Of a DNA stretch of 64,000 nt, positions 29,450 through 39,652 are shown one piece after another. This DNA is from Candidatus Latescibacterota bacterium. GTDB taxonomy: Bacteria; Latescibacterota; UBA2968; UBA8231. A program made the translations under genes and the position numbers. Numbering within the stretch: the first letter of the stretch is position 1; each line of letters starts with the position of its first letter. The notes under the pieces were generated by a model that searched no databases, was not told where the DNA came from, and saw nothing but the letters and a program-made list of their open reading frames with translations. The stretch is taken from positions 2,560,001 through 2,624,000 of the forward strand of contig OZ252098.1 of NCBI GenBank assembly GCA_965248355.1, written 5' to 3'.

Positions 29450-31087
29450 TCACAATTGATCCCACCCGAGGGCTGGGTCGGCGTACACGAAACGGCCGCC
29501 CACCATGGTCGCCGAGACCGGCAGGGAGGCCAGGTCCATGGGGTCCACGGCGAAGGGGTCCTCGGCCAGGACCACGAGGTCGGCGAGCCGGCCCGGGGCC
29601 AGCGACCCGAGGCGGTCCTCCACGCCGCCGGCGAAGGCCGCCCCCCGGGTGAAGCCGCGCACCGCCTCGGCCACGGACAGCCTCTGCCGCGGCTGCCAGC
29701 CAGCGGGGCCCGGAGAGCCGTCCGCCCGGCGGCGGGTGACCGCGGCGTGGAGGCCGGCCAGCGGCGGGATCGGCTCCACCGGCGTGTCGGAGCCGAAGGC
29801 CAGCACCGCCCCGGCCCGCCGCAGCGACTCGAAGGCGTAGGCCCAGGGCGCCCGCTCACGGCCCCAGAACCGGTCCACCATGGGGTAGTCGCTGGTGGCG
29901 TGAACCGGCTGCACCGAGGCCACCACTTGCAGCTCCGCGAAGCGGGGGATGTCTTCCGGGTCGATGACCTGCGCGTGCTCGATGCGGTGCCGCAGCCGTC
30001 TGGTGCCGGCTTCCTTCTCGGCGGCCCTGGCCAGGGCCAGCGCGTCCAGGGCCTCGCGGTTGGCGCGGTCCCCGATGGCGTGGACGAAGCAGGCGAGGCC
30101 GTGCCGGCTGGCCCGGGTCACGGTCTCGCGCAGCTCCTCCGGCGGCATGAGGGGCATGCCGAGGTTGCCGGGCTCGTTCTCGTAGGGGGCCAGCATCCAG
30201 GCCGTTCGCGGCCCCAGGGCGCCGTCGGCGAAGAGCTTGATGCCGCCGATCCACAGCATGTCGTCGCCGAAGCCGGAGCGCAGACCGGTGCCGATGGCCT
30301 CGTCCAGCCGGCTCGCCGGGATCGACTTGCAGACGCGGAGTCCCTCGTGGCCGCGCTCGCGCAGGATCTGCCAGGCCCGCAGCGCCCGGATGCCGTCGAG
30401 GTCGTGCACGCCCGTCAGGCCGCAGCGCCGGGCCGCGGGCAGGGCGGCGGCCATGGCGGCGGCGGCCTGCTCCGCCGTCACCTCCGGCAGGTGGGCGGCC
30501 ACCAGGCCCGAGGCCTCCTCGAGGAAGACCCCCGTGGGCTCGCCGGCGCCGTCGCGGACCACGGTGCCGCCGGGAGGATCCTGGGTCCGCCGGGTCACCC
30601 CCGCCGCGCCCAGGGCCAGGGTGTTCGCCCAGGAGGCGTGTCCGCTCTTGGCGGTGAGGAAGACGGGGTGATCGGGCGCGGCGCGGTCCAGGAGGTGGCG
30701 GGTGGGCAGCTCGCCGGAGCCCCAGCGGTTGTGGTTCCAGCCGTGGCCGAGGATCCACTCGCCGGGTGGGGTCGAGGCGGCCCGCTCGCGGACGGCGTCC
30801 AGCACGTCCTGCAGCCGCGGGAGGTCGGCGTCGATGCGGGTCAGGCCGAGGGCGAAGCCCTCGAAGTGGAGGTGGGCGTCCACCAGGCCCGGCAGCACGC
30901 AGGCGCCCTCGAGGGAGATCCGGCGCGCGGCGGCGGGCGCCGCGGCCAGGACCTCGTCGTCGGTGCCGGTTGCGGCGATGCGCCCGCCCCGGATCCACAG
31001 GGCCGAGGCCCGCGGCCGGCCGGCCTGAAGGGTGTGCACCCGGCCGCCGCTGAGGACGAGATCGCCGTGGTCGCAGGGGTCTTGCAT
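29450..31087 (-). CDS. Amidohydrolase-3 (YtcJ-like)
   Basis: PGLVDAHLH, KLFADG, HAIGD, RIEHAQ, GSD motifs. Confidence 0.92.
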   Translation of the reverse strand: MQDPCDHGDLVLSGGRVHTLQAGRPRASALWIRGGRIAATGTDDEVLAAAPAAARRISLEGACVLPGLVDAHLHFEGFALGLTRIDADLPRLQDVLDAVRERAASTPPGEWILGHGWNHNRWGSGELPTRHLLDRAAPDHPVFLTAKSGHASWANTLALGAAGVTRRTQDPPGGTVVRDGAGEPTGVFLEEASGLVAAHLPEVTAEQAAAAMAAALPAARRCGLTGVHDLDGIRALRAWQILRERGHEGLRVCKSIPASRLDEAIGTGLRSGFGDDMLWIGGIKLFADGALGPRTAWMLAPYENEPGNLGMPLMPPEELRETVTRASRHGLACFVHAIGDRANREALDALALARAAEKEAGTRRLRHRIEHAQVIDPEDIPRFAELQVVASVQPVHATSDYPMVDRFWGRERAPWAYAFESLRRAGAVLAFGSDTPVEPIPPLAGLHAAVTRRRADGSPGPAGWQPRQRLSVAEAVRGFTRGAAFAGGVEDRLGSLAPGRLADLVVLAEDPFAVDPMDLASLPVSATMVGGRFVYADPALGWDQL

Positions 31088-31165
31088 CGGCTCTCCGGTG
31101 GTCGTGCCTATCTTAAGCGGTGAAGCTCGCCGCCTCCGCCGACCAAATCAACGATCGATCGCGCC

Positions 31166-32602
31166 GTGAACGATACCCAGTCGCTGGCCACCCGCACCCT
31201 GCGGGGCCTGTTCTGGACCGGCAGCGCCTTCGTCCTCCAGATCGCCACCACCCTGGTGTTCTACCGCCTCCTCGGGGCCGAGCGCATGGGCGGGTTCGAG
31301 TGGGCCCTGCTGCTGGTGATGCTCGTCGCCCTGCTCTGCGACCTCGGCCTGGGCAGCGCCCTCGTGCAGGACCGCGAGGCCGGCGACGAGCACTTCGACG
31401 CCGCCTTCTGGACCTGCCTGGCCTTCGGCTCGGCCATGACCGCCCTGGTCCTGGTCCTGGCTCCGTCCCTGGCCGGCTGGCTCTCCCGGGCGGAGACGGC
31501 GAACTTCGAATCGATCCTGTCGCGGCTTGTCCTGCTCGTCCCCTTCGCCTCGGTCTCCGGCGTCTTCCGGGCCCGCCTGCAGCGGGACCTGCGCTGGCGC
31601 GCCATGGCCGCCGCCGAGATCGCCGCCTCCTTCGTCCACGCCGCCCTCTCCTTCTCCCTGCTCGCCGCCGGCCACGGGGTCATGAGCGTCGTCTACGGCG
31701 CCCTGGCGCGCGAGGTCGTCCTGCTCGCCGGGCTGGCCGTGGCCGCCCGCTGGCTGCCCCGTCCGGCCCTGCGCCCCTCGGCCCTGCGGCGCATCGCCGC
31801 CTTCGGCCTCAACCTCACCGGCTCGCGCTGCCTCCAGTACCTCAACAGCAACCTCCCCCGACTGTTCATCTACCCCCTTCTCGGGGAGGCGGCCATGGGC
31901 CACTTCAGCTTCGCCTACCGCCTCACCCTGCTGCCGCTGGTGCGTCTCTCCACCGTCATCACCCGGGTGTTCTTCCCCACCTTCTCGGCCATCCAGAAGG
32001 ACACGTCCCTGCTGCGCCGGGCCTACCTGCGCTCGGTGCAGTCCATGGCCCTGGGATACTGGCCGGTCCTCGCCGCTCTCGCCCTGCTCGCCGAGCCGGT
32101 GGTCGCCGTGACCCGGCCCGACATGGCCCCGGCCGTCTGGCCCCTGCGCCTGCTGGCCCTGGCCACGCTCGTCAAGGCGGCGGGCACCGGCGTGGGATCC
32201 GTCTTCCTCGCCTGCGGACGCGCCAACTGGGCCCTGTACTGGGCCCTGCTGAGCTTCGCCGTCCTGGTGCCCACCCTCTACGGGGCTGTCGGCTACGGCG
32301 TCACCGGGGTCGGCGCCGCGATCCTGCTGACCTCCTTGTTGTTCCTGGCCCTCTCCCAGCACCTGGCCAACCGGCTCCTGGAGATGGGCTTCGCCGATTA
32401 CCTGGCGGTGCTCTGGCGGCCGGGTCTGGTGGCCGGCTCGGTGGCCCTGGCGCTGGCCGCGGCCTCGCCTTGGCGGCCTGCGGCGCCGCTGGAGGCCTGC
32501 ATCGCCGGGGGGTTGGCGGCCGCCCTGGGCGGGCTGGCCGGCGCCCGCCTCTTCGCCTGGACCGAGCTGACCGGCCTCTGGCGCAGCGCCCGCGGGGACT
32601 AG
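31166..32602 (+). CDS. Wzx-like polysaccharide flippase (PST family)
   Basis: Many transmembrane segments; [10 protein letters not shown] and RVFFPTFS motifs. Confidence 0.85.
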   Translation: MNDTQSLATRTLRGLFWTGSAFVLQIATTLVFYRLLGAERMGGFEWALLLVMLVALLCDLGLGSALVQDREAGDEHFDAAFWTCLAFGSAMTALVLVLAPSLAGWLSRAETANFESILSRLVLLVPFASVSGVFRARLQRDLRWRAMAAAEIAASFVHAALSFSLLAAGHGVMSVVYGALAREVVLLAGLAVAARWLPRPALRPSALRRIAAFGLNLTGSRCLQYLNSNLPRLFIYPLLGEAAMGHFSFAYRLTLLPLVRLSTVITRVFFPTFSAIQKDTSLLRRAYLRSVQSMALGYWPVLAALALLAEPVVAVTRPDMAPAVWPLRLLALATLVKAAGTGVGSVFLACGRANWALYWALLSFAVLVPTLYGAVGYGVTGVGAAILLTSLLFLALSQHLANRLLEMGFADYLAVLWRPGLVAGSVALALAAASPWRPAAPLEACIAGGLAAALGGLAGARLFAWTELTGLWRSARGD

Positions 32603-32702
32603 GCGCCGGTCTTTCCATTGTCTGGCGGGGCCAGTACCTTTTCGGCAGCAAGATCGCCTCTGGCCGCGTAGCGGCCGCCCTTCACCAGGAGCAGTCAAGC
32701 AG

Positions 32703-33608
32703 ATGGATCCCCAGAGCGGCAACGGCCAGGCCACCGGCACCCTCCGGCTCAAGACCGGGTTGGCGGAGATGCTCAAGGGCGGCGTCATCATGGACGTCAC
32801 CGACAAGGACCAGGCCCGCATCGCCGAGGACGCCGGCGCCGTTGCGGTCATGGCCCTCGAGCGGGTGCCCGCCGACATCCGCAAGGAGGGCGGCGTGGCG
32901 CGCATGGCCAGCATCGCCAAGATCCGCCAGATCATGGAGTCGGTGAGCATTCCGGTCATGGCCAAGTGCCGCATCGGCCACTTCGCCGAGGCCCAGATCC
33001 TGCAGGCCCTCGGTGTCGACTACGTCGACGAGAGCGAGGTCCTCACCCCGGCCGACGAGCACTTCCACGTGGACAAGTTCGCCTTCGACGTGCCCTTCGT
33101 CTGCGGCTGCCGCGACCTGGGCGAGGCCCTGCGCCGCATCGGCGAGGGGGCGGCCATGATCCGCACCAAGGGCGAGGCCGGCTCCGGCAACATCGTCGAG
33201 GCCGTGCGCCACATGCGCGCCGTCATGGACGGCGTCCGCCGCCTCACCCACCTGGCCCCGGAGCAGATGATGACCGAGGCCAAGGAGCTGGGCGCGCCCT
33301 GCGAGCTGGTCCGCATGGTGGCCGAGACCGGCCAGGTGCCGGTGCCCAACTTCTCGGCCGGCGGCATCGCCACGCCCGCCGACGCCTCGCTGATGATGCA
33401 GCTCGGCGCCGAGTCGGTCTTCGTCGGCTCCGGCATCTTCAAGTCCAGCGACCCGAAGAACCGCGCCGAGGCGATCGTCCGGGCGACGACGAACTACCAG
33501 GATCCCGACATCCTCGTGCAGGTCTCCGAGCAGCTCGGCGAAGCCATGCCGGGGATCGAGATGGAGACTCTCGCCGAGAGCGAGAAGCTGCAGTCGCGGG
33601 GCTGGTAG
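32703..33608 (+). CDS. pdxS: Pyridoxal 5'-phosphate synthase lyase subunit
   Basis: [37 protein letters not shown]. Confidence 0.97.
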   Translation: MDPQSGNGQATGTLRLKTGLAEMLKGGVIMDVTDKDQARIAEDAGAVAVMALERVPADIRKEGGVARMASIAKIRQIMESVSIPVMAKCRIGHFAEAQILQALGVDYVDESEVLTPADEHFHVDKFAFDVPFVCGCRDLGEALRRIGEGAAMIRTKGEAGSGNIVEAVRHMRAVMDGVRRLTHLAPEQMMTEAKELGAPCELVRMVAETGQVPVPNFSAGGIATPADASLMMQLGAESVFVGSGIFKSSDPKNRAEAIVRATTNYQDPDILVQVSEQLGEAMPGIEMETLAESEKLQSRGW

Positions 33609-33648
33609 GCATCACCGGACCCCGCCGCTGGCGTCTCCTTTTTCTGCT

Positions 33649-34287
33649 GTGAGCGGAGAGGCGGGACCCGCCGTCGGGGTGCTGGCCCTGCAGGGCGACT
33701 TCGAGGCCCACGCCCGGACCCTGCGGGGCCTGGGCGCCCGCTGCCCGGCGGTGCGCAAGGCCGATCAGCTGGAGGGCCTGGACGGCCTCGTCATCCCCGG
33801 GGGCGAGAGCACCACCCTCATCAAGCTCATGGACGCCTTCGGCTTCTGGGAGCCGCTGGGCGCCTTCGTCACCTCCGGCCGCCCGGTCTTCGGCACCTGC
33901 GCCGGGGCCATCGTGCTGGCCTCGGAGGTCCTCAACCCGCGGCAGCGCTGTCTCGGCGCCGTGGACATCACCGTCGAGCGCAACAGCTACGGGCGCCAGC
34001 GCGACAGCTTCGAGGGCGCCGGCCCCTTCCGGCCGCGCTCCGGCGGCGAGCTGGAGATCGAGATGGTCTTCATCCGCGCTCCCCGCATCACGCGGCTGGG
34101 CGCCGGCGTCGAGCCGCTGGCCGAGTGCCGCGGCGACACGGTGGTGGCCCGCCAGGGGAGCCTGCTGGTGGCCACCTTTCACCCCGAGCTCAGCGCCGGG
34201 GCGCACGTGCACCGCTATTTCCTGGAGATGACGGCCGAGGCCGCCGGAGGCTGCAGCGCTAGAACCGGAAGGCCACCCTCGCCGTGA
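33649..34287 (+). CDS. pdxT: PLP synthase glutaminase subunit
   Basis: GVLALQG, PGGESTT, GTCAG, FHPE. Confidence 0.96.
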   Translation: MSGEAGPAVGVLALQGDFEAHARTLRGLGARCPAVRKADQLEGLDGLVIPGGESTTLIKLMDAFGFWEPLGAFVTSGRPVFGTCAGAIVLASEVLNPRQRCLGAVDITVERNSYGRQRDSFEGAGPFRPRSGGELEIEMVFIRAPRITRLGAGVEPLAECRGDTVVARQGSLLVATFHPELSAGAHVHRYFLEMTAEAAGGCSARTGRPPSP

Positions 34288-34804
34288 ACCGGTTGATGCC
34301 GATGGAGTCGTCGGAGAAGATGAAGTCGCGCTGGTACTGCAGCCCCAGGCTCAGGTGGTCGGTGAGCAGGACCTCGGCGCCCACGCCGGGGGCGATGCCG
34401 AAGTTGGTGTCGCCCTCACTGGGGGCGTAGAGCTCGGCGTCGAGGCTGAGGTGGTAGTTGAAGGGGTCGTACTCGAAGATGTTGCGCACCCCGGCGCTGA
34501 AGAGGCTGGTCTCCTGGTCCTGGATGAAGGCGTAGCCGGCGTGGACGCCGAGCCAGTCCTCCCGGCGCCACCCGACGTTGAGGCCATACATCAGGTCGGT
34601 CTCGGTCTCCGAACCCTCGGACTCGACCATGGCGGCCCCGAGGAAGGGCTCCACGAACCACACCCCCGGGGTCCCCGCGAAGCGGTACCCGCCCTTGCCG
34701 ATCTCGCTGCCCTCGGGCCCGTCGGTGCGTCCCGGGGACGGGTCCGCCGCGAAGGCGCTCGCCGCCCACAGGGTCGCCGCTGCCGCTGCGGTCCAGGCTC
34801 TCAT
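34259..34804 (-). CDS. Outer-membrane beta-barrel protein
   Basis: Signal peptide, alternating beta strands, C-terminal Phe. Confidence 0.75.
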   Translation of the reverse strand: MRAWTAAAAATLWAASAFAADPSPGRTDGPEGSEIGKGGYRFAGTPGVWFVEPFLGAAMVESEGSETETDLMYGLNVGWRREDWLGVHAGYAFIQDQETSLFSAGVRNIFEYDPFNYHLSLDAELYAPSEGDTNFGIAPGVGAEVLLTDHLSLGLQYQRDFIFSDDSIGINRFTARVAFRF

Positions 34805-34815
34805 TCCCCCACCTC

Positions 34816-35421
34816 CTAGAGGCCGATGGCCCTCTTCTTGAAGGCCTTGGTGATCTCCTTGTGGTCGGTCCACAGGATCACGCTGGTCTCGATGTCGGTC
34901 AGCTCGAAGGTCGCCTTGTAGTAGACCACCTTGTCCTTGCCCACCTGCTGGATCGTCGAGGTGATCACCAGGCCGAGCAGGTACTCGGCGGCCTGCTGCC
35001 GGCCCGGGCCCTTGGCCTGGGACGGGTCGACGTACCCGGAGCCCTGGTACTCGTACTCCCTGGCGATCTCCCGGCGCGCCGCCTTGTCCAGGAAGGTGAA
35101 CTCGCCGCTGTTGATGAGCGCCGTCTTCACGTGGTCGTACAGGGCCTGCAGGTCGATGTGCTCGGTGGTGCGGTTCCTCGGCGTCTCCAGGATGATCGTC
35201 GGATCGCCGTCGAGGGCGTCACGCTCCTTCCAGGCCTGCAGGGAGGCGACGATCTTCCTGGCCACCAGCTGCATGTCGTTCTGGTTCCAGTCGTCGTCGA
35301 GCATGACGATCTCTTCGGGGTCGGTGTAGGTCCCCTGGGTGAAGGCCCGGGGGCCGGCGCACGCCGACAGTCCGGCCGCGGCCAGGGCCGCGGCGCTCAA
35401 CATCGCGATTCGCTTGATCAT
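34816..35421 (-). CDS. LpoB-family penicillin-binding protein activator lipoprotein
   Basis: Lipobox LSAC; NRTTEHID; LTDIET..ILW motifs. Confidence 0.8.
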   Translation of the reverse strand: MIKRIAMLSAAALAAAGLSACAGPRAFTQGTYTDPEEIVMLDDDWNQNDMQLVARKIVASLQAWKERDALDGDPTIILETPRNRTTEHIDLQALYDHVKTALINSGEFTFLDKAARREIAREYEYQGSGYVDPSQAKGPGRQQAAEYLLGLVITSTIQQVGKDKVVYYKATFELTDIETSVILWTDHKEITKAFKKRAIGL

Positions 35422-35426
35422 TCCTT

Positions 35427-36263
35427 TCACTCCCACTCGCACTCGAAGTGCGAACGTTCCATGTGCCAGCGGTTGGCGAGCATCGCATCCTGCCGGTGCA
35501 GGACCTGCAGCGAGCAGAACCGCTGCAGGGAGCTGGCCGGGTAATCGAAGCGGAACTCCTGCACCCCCTTGCGGTCGGCCTCGGGGATGTCCGCCTCGGT
35601 GTAGATGTTCGGCCGCGTCGAGGTGAAGACCAGGGCGCGCTTGGCCCCGTGCTCCTTCAGCGGCACACGCGCCACGAAACTGACGCGCCGCACCTGTTTC
35701 GGCAACAGCAGGTCGGTGTTGTCCACCGCCGTGCCGCGGAGCCCCGCCTGGGCGAGGACGTCGCTCAGGCTGCCGAAGAACACGCGCTCGCGCTCGCCGT
35801 CGGGGATGATCAGGTAGAGGTAGGCCCGGTGCGCCTGGCTGGAGACCGCCGCGCCGCCGAGTCCCTCGAAGTCCATGTGGATGGCCAGGTCCAGGGAGCG
35901 GTTCGGCGGCAGGGCGTGCAGCGAGATGGCCTGGATGACCTTCTCGGAGACCCCCTCCTTCTTGAGACCCACCATCCCGTGGACCGAGGCGTCGCAGGCG
36001 CAGCGGCGCTCCTCGAGCATCTTGAGGATCATGGCCTCGCTGAACTTCGCCTCGGTGAGGGAGACCACGTCGCCCAGGCTCATGGGCAGCTGGTCGGAGC
36101 GCTCGTAGAGCGGCGGCAGCTTGCCGCCCTCCCAGTCGACGATGTTGAAGACGTACCCCGGCGGCAGGGTGCGGCCGCCGCCGGCGGGGCCGGCCTTCTG
36201 GGCCGGGGCGGGTCCGGCGGCGAGCAGCAGCAGGGCCGCAGCGGCGGTGAGAATTCCCGTCAT
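35427..36263 (-). CDS. Secreted hypothetical protein
   Basis: Signal peptide; operonic spacing between neighbours. Confidence 0.7.
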   Translation of the reverse strand: MTGILTAAAALLLLAAGPAPAQKAGPAGGGRTLPPGYVFNIVDWEGGKLPPLYERSDQLPMSLGDVVSLTEAKFSEAMILKMLEERRCACDASVHGMVGLKKEGVSEKVIQAISLHALPPNRSLDLAIHMDFEGLGGAAVSSQAHRAYLYLIIPDGERERVFFGSLSDVLAQAGLRGTAVDNTDLLLPKQVRRVSFVARVPLKEHGAKRALVFTSTRPNIYTEADIPEADRKGVQEFRFDYPASSLQRFCSLQVLHRQDAMLANRWHMERSHFECEWE

Positions 36264-36285
36264 CGTTCGGTCGATCCTTCCTTCT

Positions 36286-37662
36286 TCAGCGGAAGCTGCG
36301 CCAGCTGAGGAATACGGGGTGTCCGCCGCTGACCTGCACGCCGGTGAACTCGTGCCGGTCGACGACACCGCCTTGTGCATTGATAAACTCCAGAGCCACC
36401 TCCTGCGTTCCCGGCGGCATCTGGATGCGTGCCATCCAGATGGTCCGGGGCAGGGAGAGCCAGCTGCGGGTGTCGGCCGCCTCGGTGCCGACGCCGAAGA
36501 GGTTGATCAGGGCCCCGAGGACCTCGCTCTCCTCCTCCGCCGCCTCCTTGGCCAGCCACTTGGCCAGGGCGCGGGCCACCGTGCGCCGCAGGATGACGTC
36601 CTCCTTGTCGCGCAGGGTGCGCCCGGCGATGGCATCGAGGTCCTGCACCAGCCAGCCGCGGGCCTCCGCGTCCCCGGCCCGCAGGCGCACGCCGCTGACG
36701 TCGCTGGGGGCCTGCTCGTACACGGGCAGGGCCACCCGCAGCCAGTACTCCACCTTGCCCTCGTAGCCGTAATGGTAGTGCCGGACGGCCTGGTCGGAGA
36801 GGGTCCAGACCTTCTTGAGGCTGCCCTCCTCCAGGATCGGCACGTTGATCTCGCTCTGTCCCTTGCGCCCGACGAAGCCGGCCTCGGCGAAGACGGTCAC
36901 CGTCCGGGGCGCCAGGGGCGGCGCCCCGGAGGCCTCGGGATCCAGCTTCCAGCGGTCCCGCAGCTCCGTCCACTCCGGCTCGAAGCCCAGCTCCCCGGTG
37001 GCGCGGCGCAGGTCGGCGGCCAGGGGGGGCGGCGGCGCCAGGCCGAAGGCGTCCTCGTAGGCGGCGTAGCCCTTGACCGCGTCGCGGTAGGAGATGTAGG
37101 CGTCGTTGACCTCGCCCCCGGCTTCGTAGAACAGGCCGGTGAGGTACTGCAGGAAGGCGTCGTTGGCGTAGCTCAGCTCGTACTCGGCGGCCTCGGCGAA
37201 GTCGGAGAGGCGCAGGTTCGCCTTGCGGCATTCCACCAGGGCGCCCTGGTGGTCGCCGAGATAGTGGTAGTTCAGGGCCCGGTAGTAGTGGATGAGGACG
37301 CGCTCGAACTCCTCGCCCGAGTAGGCGCGGATGGCGTCGTTGGTGAGCAGGGCCGCCACCTCGCGGCTGATGGAGCGCGTGTAGTGCCGGTCGATCAGCT
37401 TCTCGGCCTGCTCGAACTGGCCGTTGGAGCCCGTGTAGTCGCCGGCGTAGTGGAGGATCAGCCCCTTCTCCAGCCGGTAGAGGAGCATGTTGGTGTCGCC
37501 CACCGGCTTGTCCAGCTTGCGCAGCGCCCCTTCCCAGTCGCGGCTCTGCATGCTCGCCAGGCTCTTGCCCATGGCGCCCGAGTAGCCGGCGGCGCAGCCG
37601 GCCGCCACGGCCGCCAGGAGCAGGACCACGCCCGCCCGCATCCAAGACCCCCGTCCCTTCAT
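36286..37662 (-). CDS. COG3014-like TPR lipoprotein
   Basis: Lipobox AAGC; Y.GE..E…ALNY; ADTRSWLSLP. Confidence 0.8.
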   Translation of the reverse strand: MKGRGSWMRAGVVLLLAAVAAGCAAGYSGAMGKSLASMQSRDWEGALRKLDKPVGDTNMLLYRLEKGLILHYAGDYTGSNGQFEQAEKLIDRHYTRSISREVAALLTNDAIRAYSGEEFERVLIHYYRALNYHYLGDHQGALVECRKANLRLSDFAEAAEYELSYANDAFLQYLTGLFYEAGGEVNDAYISYRDAVKGYAAYEDAFGLAPPPPLAADLRRATGELGFEPEWTELRDRWKLDPEASGAPPLAPRTVTVFAEAGFVGRKGQSEINVPILEEGSLKKVWTLSDQAVRHYHYGYEGKVEYWLRVALPVYEQAPSDVSGVRLRAGDAEARGWLVQDLDAIAGRTLRDKEDVILRRTVARALAKWLAKEAAEEESEVLGALINLFGVGTEAADTRSWLSLPRTIWMARIQMPPGTQEVALEFINAQGGVVDRHEFTGVQVSGGHPVFLSWRSFR

Positions 37663-37779
37663 CCCTGATCCGGCCTCATGCCGGCGTCCGTATCGCAGGT
37701 GTGCACACGTCGTTAGGATGCCCTGCCGTGGGGTGACGTTCCCTGGGGCGGCTCGGCCGCCGCCTGCTCCACGGAGATC

Positions 37780-37888
37780 TCGACGCCCGGGACCGGATCG
37801 GCAGGGCCGCGATCACGGCGCGCGACGTGGGCGTGTCGTCGAGGTTGGCGTGGGCCTGGCCGCCGGGCCAGCTCAGTCTGATGCGCAT
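37780..37888 (-). pseudogene. N-terminal remnant of a cyclophilin-like-fold protein
   Basis: AAGGAG RBS, MRIRLSW…ANLDDTPTSRAVIAALP, then similarity is lost. Confidence 0.45.
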
Positions 37889-37991
37889 TCCCTTCTCCTT
37901 TCGGGCCGGTGGGTAATCTCGCCCCGCCGCCGGCCGCGCCGCCAGTGAGGTATCTGGCGGCCCCCCTCCGGCGCCGCTACCATTGCCGGCC

Positions 37992-39047
37992 ATGACCTCC
38001 ATCGACCCCGTGGTCACCGCCGTCGTCGGCTACGGGTACGCCGGCCGCTGCTTCCACTCCTACCTGGTCCGTCTCGCCGAGCCCGGGCTGTCCCTGAAGG
38101 GCGTCGTCTCCAGCCGCCCCGAGGCGCGCCGGGAGATCGCCGCCGGCGCCCTGCGGGCCTGGGAGCGCTTCGAGGAGGTCCTCGCCGACGACGAGGTGGA
38201 GCTGGTGGTGCTGGCCACCCCCAACGACCTGCACGCGCCCCAGACGATCGCCGCCCTGGAGGCGGGCAAGCACGTGGTCACCGACAAGCCCATGAGCCTC
38301 GACGGGGCCGAGGCCGATGGCATGATCGCCGCCGCCGGCCGCGCCGGGCGGCTGCTCTCGGTCTTCCAGAACCGCCGCTGGGACGGCGACTACCTCACCG
38401 TGCGCAAGCTGCTCGCCGAGGGGGCCCTGGGCGACATCGTCTACGCCCAGTTGGCCTGGGGACAGTTCGGGGCGCCGCGCTCCTGGCGGGGGAGGGCGGC
38501 CAGCGGCGGCGGCAAGTTCGTCGACCTCGGCGCCCACATGATCGACCAGGCCCTGCAGCTGGCCCCCGGACCCCTGCAGCGGGTCTACGCCCGGTTCTCC
38601 GACGCCGGCCTGGACAGCGACGTGGAGGATCACGCCCACTGCGTCCTCTCTTTCGGCGGCGGCGCCGAGATCCACGTGGTCACCTCCTCCATCGCCAGGA
38701 TCCCCATGCCGCGCTGGTACGTCCTCGGCACCGCGGGCGCCCTGGTCAAGGAGGGGCTGGATCCGCAGGAGGCGGCCATGGTGGCCGGCGACATCGACTC
38801 GGCGCGGGAGGAGGACCGCGGCCACTGGCCGCGCCTGTGCCGCCACCGGGACGGCCGCCCCGAGGAGAGCGTGATCGAGCCGGTGGCCGGCCGCTGGCGC
38901 AGCTACTACGAGAACGTGGCCGCCGCCATCCGCGGCCGGGAGGAGCTGGCGGTCACGGCGGAGAGCGTCCGCGCCGTCATGGGCGTGATCGACGCCGCCC
39001 GGGAGTCGGCCCGCAGCGGCCGCTCCGTGGAGATCGCCGCCTCTTGA
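37992..39047 (+). CDS. Gfo/Idh/MocA oxidoreductase
   Basis: VGYGYAG, ATPNDLH, DKP, FQNRRWD, DLGAH. Confidence 0.93.
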   Translation: MTSIDPVVTAVVGYGYAGRCFHSYLVRLAEPGLSLKGVVSSRPEARREIAAGALRAWERFEEVLADDEVELVVLATPNDLHAPQTIAALEAGKHVVTDKPMSLDGAEADGMIAAAGRAGRLLSVFQNRRWDGDYLTVRKLLAEGALGDIVYAQLAWGQFGAPRSWRGRAASGGGKFVDLGAHMIDQALQLAPGPLQRVYARFSDAGLDSDVEDHAHCVLSFGGGAEIHVVTSSIARIPMPRWYVLGTAGALVKEGLDPQEAAMVAGDIDSAREEDRGHWPRLCRHRDGRPEESVIEPVAGRWRSYYENVAAAIRGREELAVTAESVRAVMGVIDAARESARSGRSVEIAAS

Positions 39048-39652
39048 GCCGGCGGCACCGGGAGGTCTCCGGCCTGGAGGAGTCCGGCTTCGAGGTCCGC
39101 AGCCGCGACCTCGACATCCCCCTCGAAGAGTACGCCCGCCGGCCCAAGTTCCCCGTCTACCTGGTGCTGGACAACCTGCGCTCCGCCTTCAACGTGGGCG
39201 CCCTCTTCCGCGTCGCCGACACGGCCCGGCTGGCCGGGCTGCTCACCTGCGGCTGCACCGCCCATCCGCCCCATCCCCGCCTGGACAAGACCGCCCTCGG
39301 CAGCCTCGACTACGTGGCCAGCGAGCACTTCGCCACGACCGAGGAGGCCCTGCAGCGGCTGCGGGACGGCGGCGTTCCGGTGTGGGCCCTGGAGACGACG
39401 TCGCGCAGCCGCCACTACGTCCGCGCCAGCTACCCGCGCCCGGTGGCCCTGGTCCTCGGCAACGAGGCCCTCGGGGTGCAGCCTTCGGTGCTGGACAGCT
39501 GCGACGAGCTGGTGGAGGTGCCCGTCTTCGGCTTCAAGAACTCCCTCAACGTCGCCGCCGCGGCGGCCGTCGTGGTCTACGAGATCCTGCGCCAGTGGGG
39601 CTACGAGCCCGGGGCGGGGGCGGCGGCCCTGCGCCTCAACAGGTCGAGGTAG
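39044..39652 (+). CDS. SpoU/TrmH-family RNA methyltransferase
   Basis: LDNLRSAFNVG..FR, LGNEALG, SLNVA; start uncertain. Confidence 0.9.
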   Translation: MSRRHREVSGLEESGFEVRSRDLDIPLEEYARRPKFPVYLVLDNLRSAFNVGALFRVADTARLAGLLTCGCTAHPPHPRLDKTALGSLDYVASEHFATTEEALQRLRDGGVPVWALETTSRSRHYVRASYPRPVALVLGNEALGVQPSVLDSCDELVEVPVFGFKNSLNVAAAAAVVVYEILRQWGYEPGAGAAALRLNRSR

